From Convolutriloba macropyga (lineage: Eukaryota), in NCBI RefSeq assembly GCF_964194025.1, contig NC_134474.1:34410001-34474000 (forward strand): 64,000 nt of DNA, written 5' to 3'. Positions 1 to 11,111 of the stretch are shown piece by piece. The notes beneath the pieces were generated by a model. It did not search any database, was not told where the DNA came from, and saw only the letters and a program-made list of their open reading frames with translations. The position numbers and the translations under genes were made by a program. The stretch's first letter is position 1; each line of letters starts with the position of its first letter.

Positions 1-472
1 CAAAAAAGACCCTTGAGATATAGTTACTTTGGCACGATATGCCTGGGTTACCCTTTGCCCACAACAGTTAAAACTTTCGTGAGATTTGCTTCACAAATGC
101 TACCGTGAAAAAGTCATCCATTCCCTAATTATTGAAATACATCTCATAATCAACATTATGACTTGGTGTTTCTTAAAGTTAGTTTTTTAGCACTTGCGTC
201 CTGGTACAAATGGAAATGAAAACTATCGTATCTTGATTCAATCTGCTTAAAGAGATGCTCTGACTCTTGAAAAGACCAGAGCATGTTTTATCCTTTTAAT
301 GTTAGGCTGTCCTCACTTGGCCAAAGATAGCTATTGTCGAAGCGAACTGCTCGCCAGATGTTTCCCAGCGTTAGTTGGTTTTGTTCTTAGGCATCTGTCG
401 TTTAAGGGACCCTTTGAATTTTGAGTAAAGTGACGGCGTAGCAATATTTTTCTTTCAGAGTTGGCTTAAATA

Positions 473-806
473 ATGCCTCCAAAGAAGAGTGGTGGTGCAG
501 CTAAAACGAAAGTTGCATCAGGTCGCAAACAAGCCCCTATTACCAATGTCAGTACAGCGGCAGACACGTCGAGTGAATATAGCGATGATGATGGCGACTA
601 TACAGTGATTCAACGGCCGGATTCATTTTTTCCTACTCTTCCGAGGTCACAGGGGTTAGGTGATTTGTTGAGAGAAGCCATGATGCCTGTTAACACTGAA
701 GAAGACCAACAACCTGGAACATCAAGTAACCGGGGCCAAAGAGTAGTAGCTGCGTCATCGGGAACTCAAACTCAAACATCAGGCCTTGGAAGACAGAAAT
801 CTTCAG
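473..806 (+). CDS. First coding exon of a low-complexity K/S/G/T/Q-rich protein (MPPKKSGGAAKTKVASGRKQAP...QKSS); candidate N-terminal tail exon of the H3 variant at 10379
   Basis: ATG at 473 follows a polypyrimidine acceptor (tttttctttcag, AG 457-458). A consensus donor CAG|GTCAGT lies at 806/807 in phase 1. The ORF-track extension to 844 runs into intron. Confidence 0.6.
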
Positions 807-3354
807 GTCAGTATAAACCTATTCGTCCCGCAGTTGTCTTTTGATGATCCAGTTTTGATTTGTGGTATATTTAAAGAGGAATTCCGATCAAATGTACAAC
901 GCTCTTTTTTATTTCAGACCAGACGACAATCGCATACATGTTCTTTCACTGTGGATGGTCATTAAATATTGCTATCTTCTTTTTTATTCCCGTAATAATA
1001 TACCCACAGGTATCCATTTTCACTAAAACGAATGATAAGTATTAAGAAAAAATTATACAAACAATTGAGGGTCGCTGCCCATTCTGCAATAACAAGACGG
1101 TTTGTGCGAGTCTGTCCGTGGAGCAGAATGTTCCAACATAGCTCTCAAGGTTGTAAAAACAACTTTTAAATTCTGTCAGAGGAATTGTTTTGAGTATCGC
1201 TTGTTTTGTACCCTTGTTTGTTCCCTTCTTTTGTACCCTAGAAATTGTTTTGTACCCTGCTTTTTGAATTATCTGGATGATCTTCTTAGCAGTTATACAA
1301 CTATAAAACGATCGAACAGGAATAATTTACCATGGTTCTATTCGTCCCACACTATTCATGCTTTGAATAAATGCAACAACGTTGTTTGAAATCTTTCTAA
1401 ATTTCCTTCTGCGTTTGTTCAAGAACTTGGCAGAGATGTAGACGTGTCTGTAGCGTCAAGTTGTTTTCGGCTTATTAAGAGACTCAAGAGTGACCTCTTA
1501 CCTACTGAAATGTGATCAGAAAGTACAATGCATCATGGGTACCCGTCCATTGCGAATGCTTTCAATGCAGATTTTATGACGGTCTATCAGCCTGCCGTTG
1601 GTTTTTTCGACGTCTTTTTACAACAGACATTAAATGAGCTATGCTTTACGATGGTCGATATTCAAGCCGGCTTATCTCAAGCTTCCCTCGGTAGAGGTTT
1701 TGACAAAATACCAGGTGACTTTCCTCGGATGGCTACAGATAGTTTAACTTATTATGTCATGAAACTAATTCAAAGTATTTCTGAAACTTCGACATACCCA
1801 AAAATATGGAAAGCAATTATTATACCAACTTTTAAAGTGGGCTCCAAATTCTGTATTCATTTTTACCGTTCAATTAGTAACTTAAGTAAATTGTCCTTAG
1901 TGTTTGAAAGAGTTCTTTTTAATACTCTATATCCTTTCGTTAGAAAGTTAATCTCTCCTCGTCGTTTCGGATTTATGAAAGGACGCTCAACAATAACTCA
2001 ACTTATATTGTATCTTGATGAAATTTACAAAGCTCATGATAAAGCTGATGATGTATTTTGCATATATCTAGACTTCAGGCCAGTATAAACCTATTCGTCC
2101 CGCAGTTGTCATTGATGATCCAGTTTTGATTTGTGTTATTTTTAAAGAGGAATTCCGATCACATGTACAAAGCACTTTTTTATTTCAGACCGGACGACAA
2201 TCGCATACATGTTCTTTCACTGTGAATGGTCATAAAATGTTGCTATTTTCTTTTTATTCCCGTAATATTATACCCACAGGCATCCATTTTTCACTAAGAC
2301 GAATGATAAATATTTAAAAAAAATTATACAAACAATTGAGGGTCGCTGCCCAGTTTGCAATTACAAGACGGTTTGTGCGAGTCTGTGCGTGGAGCAGAAT
2401 GTTCCAACATAGCTCTCAAGGTTGTAAAAACAACTTTTAATTTCTGTCAGTGGAATTGTTTTTTACCCTTCTTGAATTATCTGGATGATCTTCTTAGCAG
2501 TTATACAACTATCAAACGATCGAAAAGGAATAATTTACCATGCTTCTATTCGTCCCACACTATTCATACTTTGAATAAATGTAACAACGTTGTTTGAAAT
2601 CTTTCTAAATTTCCTTCTGCGTTGGTGGAAGAAGTCAGCAGAGATGTAGACGTGTCTATAGAAATTGACACTGCATTTTGTCTTCATCTTGATCAGTTTG
2701 CCTCAAATAATACTGACGCGTCAAGTTGTTTTCGTCTTATTAAAAGACTCACGAGTGAGCTCTTACCTACTGAAATTAGATCAGAAAGTACAATGCATCA
2801 TGGGTACCCGTCCATTGTGAATGCTTTCATTGCAGATTTTATGACAGTCTATCAGCCTGCCGTTGGTTTTTTAGACGAATTTTTACAAGGGACATTAAAT
2901 GAGCTATGCTTTACGATGTTCGATGTTCAAGCCGCCTTATATCAAGCTTCCCTCGGTGAAGGTTTTGACAAATTACCAGGTGACTTTCCTCGGGTGGCTA
3001 CAGATAGTTTAACTTATTATGTTATGAAACTAATATGAAACTAATTCAAACTATTGCTGAAACTTCGACATACCCAAAAATATGGAAAGCAATTATTATA
3101 CCAACTTTTAAAACGGGCTCAAAATTCTGTATTCAGTCTTACCGTTCAATTAGTAACTTAAGTAAATTGTCCTTAGTGTTTGAAAGAGTTCTTTTTAATA
3201 CTCTATATCCTTTCGTTAGAAAGTTAATCTCTCCTCGTCGTTTCGGATTTATGAAAGGACGCTCAACAATAACTCAAATTATATTGAATCTTGATGAAAT
3301 TTACAAAGCTCATGATAAAGATGATGATGTATTTTGCATACATGTAGATTTCAG
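801..3354 (+). repeat. Tandem duplication, first unit 1272 bp (801-2072; second copy from 2073), covering the intron start plus part of the LINE
   Basis: cttcagg(t/c)cagtataaacctattcgtcccgcagttgtc starts at both 801 and 2073. ORFs 1102/2355 and 1528/2622+3035 are near-identical translations. Confidence 0.92.
1090..2072 (+). mobile_element. Truncated copy of CR1/L2-like LINE ORF2 (linker plus N-terminal RT); start approximate
   Basis: WKAIIIPTFK, YRSISNLSKLSLVFERV, FGFMKGRSTITQL and IYLDF are non-LTR RT motifs. The copy ends at the duplication junction. Confidence 0.85.
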
Positions 3355-4390
3355 CAAAGCGTTCGATTGTGTCCAACACTCATACTTTTGAACAAATTGG
3401 AAAGCTTTGTAGTTGGTTGAAATTTATTACGGTTGTTAGCTTCTTATTTAACGAACAGAGAACAGTGTGTCAAAGCTGAAAATTGTTTAACCTCATGAGC
3501 CTCCATTTCAAGCGGAGTTCCACTGGGTTTGATTTTGGGAATATTGCTTTTTCTAGTATTCATTAATGACCTACCGTCCGGTGGTGTGCCAAGTTTGTAT
3601 CTCTTTGCTGACGACGGCAAAGCATTGAATAATGATTTGCATACTTTACAAAACAACGTGCAGTCATATTTGAATTGGGCCACGAAAAATTCAATGCTGT
3701 TTAATGTTTCCAAAACTCCATTTTTGTGGTTGGAAAGACTAAGGGATACTGCTCTTTAAATATTGGGGGTGAAGTAGTTCATCCCGTGAAAACAGTCAAA
3801 GATTTAGGTATTTATCTTTCGGGAAACTTTAAATGGAACGTCCATATATTGAGAAAGACTTGGCTTATGTTTCTCTTCTGACATCGCTCAAAAGAAATCT
3901 ACATCTTGACTTACCTCTTCAAACGAAGTTAACAGTGTACAGATCATTCCTTTAGTCAACTCTCCTTTACGGATCTGAGATATGGTCTCTCTCCTGTGCT
4001 GAACTATTGAAATTAGATGGTTTTCAAACTAAAAGTACTAAGAGGATTTGCTCATCAAGCTCGTATCGAGACAGACTTTTTAAATGTAAATTACTACCGA
4101 TTTGCTGCTTGCTGCAGTTCAGAGATTTTACAATGCTGAACCGAATCTTGACGCGAAAATATGATTTATGTGCTATGCAACTCACCCAAATTCAATACAA
4201 TCAACTCTTGCGAAGCTCGTCCAAACCACTTTTGATTTTGAATAAACAAAGAAATCCATATCTGAAAAGAAATTTCTGTTTAGAGCTGGGAGACTGGGAA
4301 ATTTAGTTCAAACGTCTACGAGTCTCAATATTTTTATGGATTCCTGTCTTTTTAAAAGTTAACTTAAAACTCTTTAACTTGCTTTCGTTA
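2350..4390 (+). mobile_element. 5'-truncated, degraded CR1/L2-group non-LTR retrotransposon ORF2 (reverse transcriptase pseudogene); boundaries approximate
   Basis: Motifs FGFMKGRST, DFSKAFDCV, SGVPLGLILGILLFLVFINDLP (consensus SGVPQGSILGPLLF..INDL), LFADD, VKDLGI and LLYGSEIW. Stops and frameshifts are present, including an 11-bp microduplication atgaaactaat x2 at about 3024-3045. Confidence 0.9.
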
Positions 4391-5008
4391 ATGAAAAATT
4401 TGATAATACTCATTTTTTGTGTGCATTCTGATTTCCTTTGATCTGTAATGCCTCATGAAGCCATTAAGTCTTTTACTGCTACTACTAGTACTATCCAAAA
4501 ATAACATATGCAATGGAGACAAATACTGTTTGAACCAAAAAATCCGACAAAAACGAAATTCTTCAATAACTTCTAGTTCTTCAACAAATTCCCGTTCTTC
4601 AGCCAAATCTAGAAACATTTTTTAATTTTGTTTTTGGTCAATACTTAAGTTTCGTCACTGTTCGATTAGGTCTTCTTTTCTTATAAAAAAACTAGGCGTG
4701 GAATTTTTAAGGCAATTGTGTTGATAAATGTAAATTTGGAATTAAACTTGAAAATGTAACCTGAAAACGAGAATTTTCAATTTTGATACTTGATGAGCAT
4801 AATGGGACCATAAATTTTTTTAAAAAAAAATCTGGCAGATGTGAACTATTTTAGACTATTTTTATCTTTCATTCCGTCGCTACTATATGTGCATGATTGA
4901 GTTATCAGTAGTAATAGCGTATTTTGCGGCTTTTACTAGCAATGAATATCCATGAGCTTTAATATTGTCCAAACTCAAAGTGTTTATAAATATCTCCTTT
5001 TGTCAAAT

Positions 5009-5359
5009 AATGGAAATTAAAATTATCGTAGCTTGGTTCAGAGCATATTTTGCAGAGCATATTTTATTCTTTTAATGTTAAGCTGTCCTCACTTGGCCAA
5101 AGATAGCTATTGTAGAAGCGAACTGCTCGCCAGACGTTTCCGAGCGTTAGTTGGTTTTGTTCTTAGGCATCTGTCGTTTAAGGGACCCTTTGAATTTTGA
5201 GTTAAGTGACGGCTTAGCAATAATTTTTTTCAGAGTTGGACTTGAACAATGCCTTCCAAGAAGAAGAGTGGTGGTGCAGCTAAAGAAAAAGTTGCATCAG
5301 GTCGCAAGCAAGCCCCTATTACCTTTCAGCAAACAAACCCCTATTACGGATTTTCATAG
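5009..5359 (+). pseudogene. Partial duplicate of region ~209-544 (upstream sequence, acceptor and start of the MPPKK exon), reading MPSKKKSGGAAKEKVASGRKQAPIT then diverging to a stop at 5359
   Basis: Long near-identity, e.g. gctgtcctcacttggccaaagatagctattgt and gttggttttgttcttaggcatctgtcgtttaagggaccctttgaattttgag. ATG at 5249; homology stops at gcccctattacc (~5323). Confidence 0.8.
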
Positions 5360-5954
5360 TAAGCTTTCAGCTTACTATGAAAATCCGGGTATCTTGGGTG
5401 TCCGTTCTATTGACTCAGCGTCATTTTTTTGACGGATGTTTTCACGTCTTTTTTGTCATGTTTGAAGTTAGGGGAGCCATTCTCAATTGTCATTGAATTA
5501 GGTATCATTGATTTTTTAGTGAAGCTTTTGGTTTTAAGTAGCACAAGCTTATCGTCTCTTTCAATGACTCAGCATTAGCTTGCTGAGTAAGTCATCTGTC
5601 TTTTTGAAAATATAATATATTGTTTCATATATGACCATATCAAGATTTGAGTTTGAACCCAAGCAATTCAACTCTGTCGAAAAAATGCTATTATACAGCT
5701 AATTGACTATATTGAATCAGCTCAGCAAAATTGAAATGCGAAACGTTGTACCATTTATCTTGATCACGGAAAAAACTATAGTTTTCAAGGCTTTGCCTAG
5801 TGAACTGAATCTGTGCAATAGGACAACGGCTTCACTTCTAGTGGAGCTATCTTTTTGGCAGTTAGTAAGTTGCAAAATTAAAAAGCTTATCATAGTCTAT
5901 GGAAACCGTACTCAACGGTGTAGCCTCGGGTTGCGTACTCAAACCTCCTTTTAA

Positions 5955-8900
5955 TTTTTAATAGCCGACTCAGCTTAGCTGGCTATTATAGCGCTCCTAA
6001 TTTTTTTTCAATTCAAAGAATTTGAATTGTATTGGTGCGCTGTCTTTTTTTTAAAGATCTTCACGCTTTTTTCGGCTTTTTCACGGCAGTGAGAAGTTAA
6101 ATTAGAGTTGTGATTTTGGTCACACTGAAATAGGAAAGGGAGCGAAGAATCGAGTAGGTTTGGTGCGTGACTTTTTTCAAAACAGCTTTAAAGTGGAGTG
6201 AGAAATTGGTGTTTGAACAATTTGGCGGTTATTGAGATGGATTTTTTTTCAGGTGCGTCAATTTGACTTCTGTTTTCAGAGTTTCCTCTCCTTTAGTGCT
6301 TTTAAGACGGTACATATGTGTTCTAATTGTGCCTATTTGCCTTTGCTTGAATTCATTAAGGGGAAGCTAAAAATTTTTATGACTTTGGCACTATTTGTTA
6401 TAAAATATTAGTGAATTTCAGATTTTCCCCCTTTTTTTAAAATTATCTGTTGTCTTATCACTTAGTGTCATCAATGATAAGTCTGATTGGGTGCTAATGA
6501 GGAGTAAAAGAACCTAATTAATGGTCGAGTCAATAGCTAGTGGTTTTCATGACTTTTACATTACTTTTTCTCAAAAATTTTGAGTGAATTTTTGATTAAG
6601 AATTTATTGTACTTTTTGATGTCTTATCATTTACTCTCCTTGGAGACAAGTCGCTGATGCTGCTAATAGGAGTGAAATTTGTCAATTTAATTGTTTTTGT
6701 TCAAGGCTAGTGCTTTCTATGACTTGACGCTAATTGTTTTTAATAATAATTATAAATTTTTTTGAGTTTTTCTTTTCAACTGTGTCGTCTTAGCTCTTAG
6801 TCTCGTTATTGACAGGTCTCATTGGTTGCTAAAAAGGCTTTAATTAAAGCAAGTCATTTCAGTTAGTAGCTATTGCTTTTTGTGACTTGTTCGTTCATAA
6901 AAAAATCATGTTATTTTTTTTGTTTTGCTAATGTTTGTTGTAGTTATTGCTGTCTGATCACTTAATTTCATTGATAACATGTCTCAACAGTGGTCATTGA
7001 GGAATCAAATAATTGATGTAATTGTATCCTTCAGTAGCTGTTGTGACTTTTATAGTGTGTTTGTAGTGTTTTCAAAAAATTACAGCGAGTTTTATTGCAA
7101 TTTTTAGTTGTTTTTATCTTATTATTTTATATTATTAGTGAGAGGACTCATCGACATTTAATGACAGGTTGCTAATGAAAAATAGAGAATTTTAGTCGGC
7201 ACTTTGAGTTCTCCGCAGTTGTTTTTTGATGCTGATCCTGTCTTCTCGAAAAATAAGTTGAATTTTTAGTCTTGCTTGTTTTTGGTGTTCTTGTGTTGTT
7301 TTTTGCTTAGTCTCATTACTAACAGCTCTCTTTTGCCTTTTAAAGCGGAGTGAGTGATTTTCAGATCATAAATTAATAAATTTCTTTGAATTTTTTTCAG
7401 GACTTGTCCTGCTTTTTTTTGAAGATGTGTTCACACATTTTTCAACGACTTTGATCCTTGAAAACGGGATGGACAGGTGAAGCCCTGTGGGCTTTTAGGT
7501 TTATTAAAGGCCCAAATTGGGCTATAGTAGTCCTTCAAGTTCTTACAGTGGTGCAGCTGCTGGGATGGCCTTAATTTAATGTTAAAAAGTCATTTTTTGG
7601 AGTTTTTGGGCTCATTTTTTTTATCTTTTGAGTTTTTTGTTTGATTAGTCTTGTTTGAAGTTTTTAATAGTCGATGAAGACCTTTTGCGAGACAACATAA
7701 CTTGTCATGACGATTTTATGATCTTTGTTGTGGTGCTACAAACACTCAAAATTTTTGTCATTTTTTGTGTTTTTCCAGCTTGAGGGGCCGGGGAATCTTT
7801 CAAGTTTGATAATAGGGCACTGCATAGAGTACTGGTTTTTAGCATTTTATTGTTTCGAATTTTAGTATTTTTTGGATAAAATCTGCCTTTTTTTAAGGTT
7901 TTCTAAAGTTTTTGTGAATTTTGGTATTTTTCCATTCTCAAGTGGCAGAAAACCTATTCCACGGTGTGATAGAAGTTACTGCATTGTTGTTAGTTTCAAT
8001 GGGTTTTTTTAACAATTTAACTTTTCGACTTTTGGGTTACTGGATAGCGTCTAGACAGAAATGATTCTGAAGATAATAATATCACAATTTTCAGCAACAG
8101 TTCATTAAAATTTGCAATTGATTTCATTTTTAATTTTCCGGTCATTTTCGAGTTAATCGATCTTTAAGGGCCGGTGAATTTTTTCAGGTCTTGCAGTTTT
8201 AATACTGGACCGATTTCAGAAACAAAAATTGAATTTGAACATATTTTTGAAATAGGTATATTTTAAGGGATCAAATTTTGCCTTCGGGGTAATAGCTTCA
8301 AGAGTTTTAGCAATGAGTATATTACTGTTTGATTGTTTCAGTTTCTTCTCAAAATTTCAATAATCTCAAAGTTTTTTTTTGAGATGATTTTGTTTGTTTT
8401 GGCTGGCCTTGTTCAATTTATTTGCTAATCAGATAGAGTACTTCTGAGTTTTTCATTCAATTTTTCGAATCGTATTTTAGGACTTGTAATGCTGTTTTTT
8501 TTTACTTCGTCGAATTAAAATTGTTCGCTTTACCTCATTTTGCCGCCTTGAGATTTTGCGTGAAATCTTTTTGACTTCTCTTGGCTAGTTTCACTCTTCT
8601 CTCATTCTGCTAAAAGTTATTTTAGACAGCAGTTGCTCAGCAAAGCAATTCAAAATGAGCAGAGTCAGTATCAAAAAAACGAAATCAGAAATAGAAACGG
8701 GATAAAGCCCGATCTTAGATGCCCGTAACTTTGTTCTTAGTTACCACTCCTAATGTTTATTGGTATTGATACTAGCCCCTGTGTGGTCTCACCACGGAAC
8801 AGGAGCATGTTCAGCTCCAAAATGACATCTCTATAGTTCGCACTTTAAAATTGTTTATACAAAATCATTTTTTCACTAATTTTTTCTTCTTTCAATCACA

Positions 8901-8957
8901 ATCTTGGTTATGGGAATCAACGGCGGCTATTTTCCGGCAATCTGCCGGGTATGTTTT
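5955..8957 (+). mobile_element. Non-autonomous Helentron-type element (HINE/DINE-1-like), family A, copy 1
   Basis: 5' subterminal aatagccg (5960) with a nearby inverted partner ggctatt (5981). 3' subTIR ggcggctatt (8922-8931) is followed by hairpin ccggca-atc-tgccgg (8934-8948) and T-rich sequence. Both ends are homologous to 16828-17773. Confidence 0.75.
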
Positions 8958-9558
8958 GAAATTGATCTTCCCAGGATCTTTCTTGATGTTTGCCGAATAC
9001 TTCAAATTCCTTTTTTTAGTTGAATTCCCTGATTAACAGAAGGATTGTGCGCCTTGTCTTATATTTCGCTTTTTCTTAAAAATTGTACGTCAAAGATGAT
9101 CTACATCTTGAATCGTTAAACTACTGAATGACTTGGGAGCCATATTCGGCCCCGAATTAACTAAAGCTGATTGGTCATATTGCTGAAAAGTTTACCGAAG
9201 AATGTAGATGCTTAGGTAAGCTTAACATCAGAATTAGTTGGAACTCAATTCTTGCAAACTTGACATGTATAGATTTTTGTTATTTACCAGTTTCACAGAA
9301 AATTAAACTGAAAATTTGAACTTCTGATTTAATTTGGATTTCTCTAGCTGTCTGGAAAGTTGCTGAAAATAGGCTTTTAGTTAATTTAACGTAAGGCCTG
9401 GTGTTACTATATCTAAAGACACCGTTTTAAAACAGCAGAGTCCTGTCTTATTTTCTTTGAATTTCCTTTTCAAAAAGTTAAGGTTGTTTCTGAGCGAAGT
9501 TTGAAGCAATTATAAACGTGTTGGTCTTCTTTTATCCGAAATTTTTGCCTGACTTTTC

Positions 9559-9724
9559 GGATCTATTCTGCCCCCCCCCCAGTGCTTTTATAACCCCCAG
9601 TTACAAATTATATGTGATTATATAGCACGTTACTATGTAAGAAAATAGCACGTGTGCCTGGGGGTCATAAAAAATTTATGCTCACTAAGCTGGGGGGGGG
9701 GGGGGGGCGAAACAGAATAGATCC
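9559..9724. mobile_element. MITE, Merlin-like
   Basis: TIR ggatctattctg...cagaatagatcc with a perfect 8-bp TSD gacttttc (9551-9558 and 9725-9732). GG...CC termini with an 8-bp TSD fit Merlin. Confidence 0.85.
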
Positions 9725-10188
9725 GACTTTTCTAGTGACTTTTACGTCCTCGACTTTTTCGTTTTGCGTAATCTAAATTTCTCTCTCATTGACAAGTGTC
9801 AGCAGATGAACTCAGGTGGCGGCAGTTCACTATCAAAAGTAAAATGAAAATAGAAATGAAATTGGTGTAATTTTTTACCTTAATTTTTTTAGTGGTTATA
9901 GTGTTATACAATAACCTCTAATGACGTCATTTGAAGCCCCTTGGTGAGTTTAGTTACTGCCCCCCCAGCGACTGAAGCTGGCTGCAATAGCTTTGAGCTC
10001 CCACTAGTCATTCGAGAGCATTTCTACGTAGTTGGTCGTTTGTTTATATTTTGACAATTTAATCACCTCAGTCATTCTCCTTGTCCGGATTTTGACAGCG
10101 ATCAAAGAATTTTATTGCTCGGCGACTTAATTGGAGTCCTAGATGCTAGCGGGTTTTTTTGGCCGAAGATGTTCTGAAGATTTTTAGC

Positions 10189-10204
10189 ATGACTTACCCG
10201 AAAG
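10189..10204 (+). CDS. Alternative short first coding exon for the H3 variant (MTYPK-G)
   Basis: ATG act tac ccg aaa g|gtaaca is a phase-1 donor compatible with the acceptor at 10378 (174-bp intron). It could be chance. Confidence 0.35.
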
Positions 10205-10378
10205 GTAACATGTGAGGTTAACATTTTGGCTAAACTCAAAATTGGTTCCTGTCAACGGCCGGTCTGCACACCCCATTACCGCTGTTATCATTAATTTACC
10301 GGCAACGTTATCGTTTGATAAGACATGTTTTGTTATGACTGACTGAGCTGATTCTTGATTAGATTTTCTTTTTTTAAG

Positions 10379-11031
10379 GTGACTCAAACAGTAGTCAATC
10401 CGAAGCAAACGTCGGTTCGAAATCAAAAGTGGCACAGCCTAAGAATAAAGAATTACCAAAGAAAGGAGCATCGCAAAAGAAAGGAGCATCAGATGTTCCA
10501 AATGTTGCTCCCGCTTCGCAGTCGACTAGTGACAAACAGTTGTCATCTCGTCCACAACATTTTGTGACAACGCTGTCTCCAATTTTGCCGGTTTCATCAA
10601 CAGTTTCTGGGGCGCATGTATCAAGAAGAGGATCTGGACGCGCTCGAGGAAGCTCCAAACCTTCTGTGAAAGCTACCAAATCTGCCTCGAGACCAACTCA
10701 TAGACGAAAAAATCGATATCTTAAAGAGATTCAAGAACTGCAAAGAACAACAAATCTCTTAATTCCCAAATTGGCCTTTCAACGCCTGGCTCGTGAAATT
10801 ACTGAGCAGATGTCGGATCGATTAGAGCCGTATCGTTTCACAGGAAAGGCAATGTTGGTTTTGCAAGAGGCGGTTGAATATCAAGTGTGCGAGTATTTCC
10901 AGGCTCTCATGTTTTTAGTGTACCACTGCGGAAGAAAGACCATTTTATCCAGAGATTTTGTCTCACTTGCTTGTGTATTAGATACACTTGGCATTAATCT
11001 ACCAATGTACAGGAGCAACAATCACATTTAG
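10379..11031 (+). CDS. Terminal exon of a divergent histone H3 variant (CenH3/CENP-A-like): basic Ser-rich tail plus complete H3 fold
   Basis: YLKEIQELQRTTNLLIPKLAFQRLAREI...RFTGKAMLVLQEAVE...HCGRKTILSRDF aligns to H3 [28 protein letters not shown]...RFQSSAVMALQEASE...HAKRVTIMPKDI, with loop 1 three residues longer. The ORF-track start is GTG. An in-frame TAA at 10375 and acceptor ttttctttttttaag (AG 10377-10378) show it is a phase-1 spliced exon. Confidence 0.85.
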
Positions 11032-11105
11032 CAACAATCGCGGTACTATACAGACCTACCGCAATAGTAGATACAATATTTTGCAGGAACTGTGTTGATA
11101 AACTA

Positions 11106-11111
11106 AATAAA
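11106..11111 (+). terminator. Candidate AATAAA polyadenylation signal of the H3 variant
   Basis: AATAAA lies 75 nt after the stop. No canonical histone 3' stem-loop was seen. Confidence 0.35.

Noticed and set aside
4540-4620. Ser-rich stretch (RNSSITSSSSTNSRSSAKSR) as an extra exon of the H3 variant
   Set aside because: No convincing flanking splice sites found.
5645-5712. Possible second tRNA-derived element on the minus strand (GGTTCAAACTC)
   Set aside because: Only a B-box-like match, with no convincing A box or stems.
10429-10431. GTG start for the histone ORF
   Set aside because: Eukaryotic context, and the frame is open back to a strong splice acceptor at 10378.
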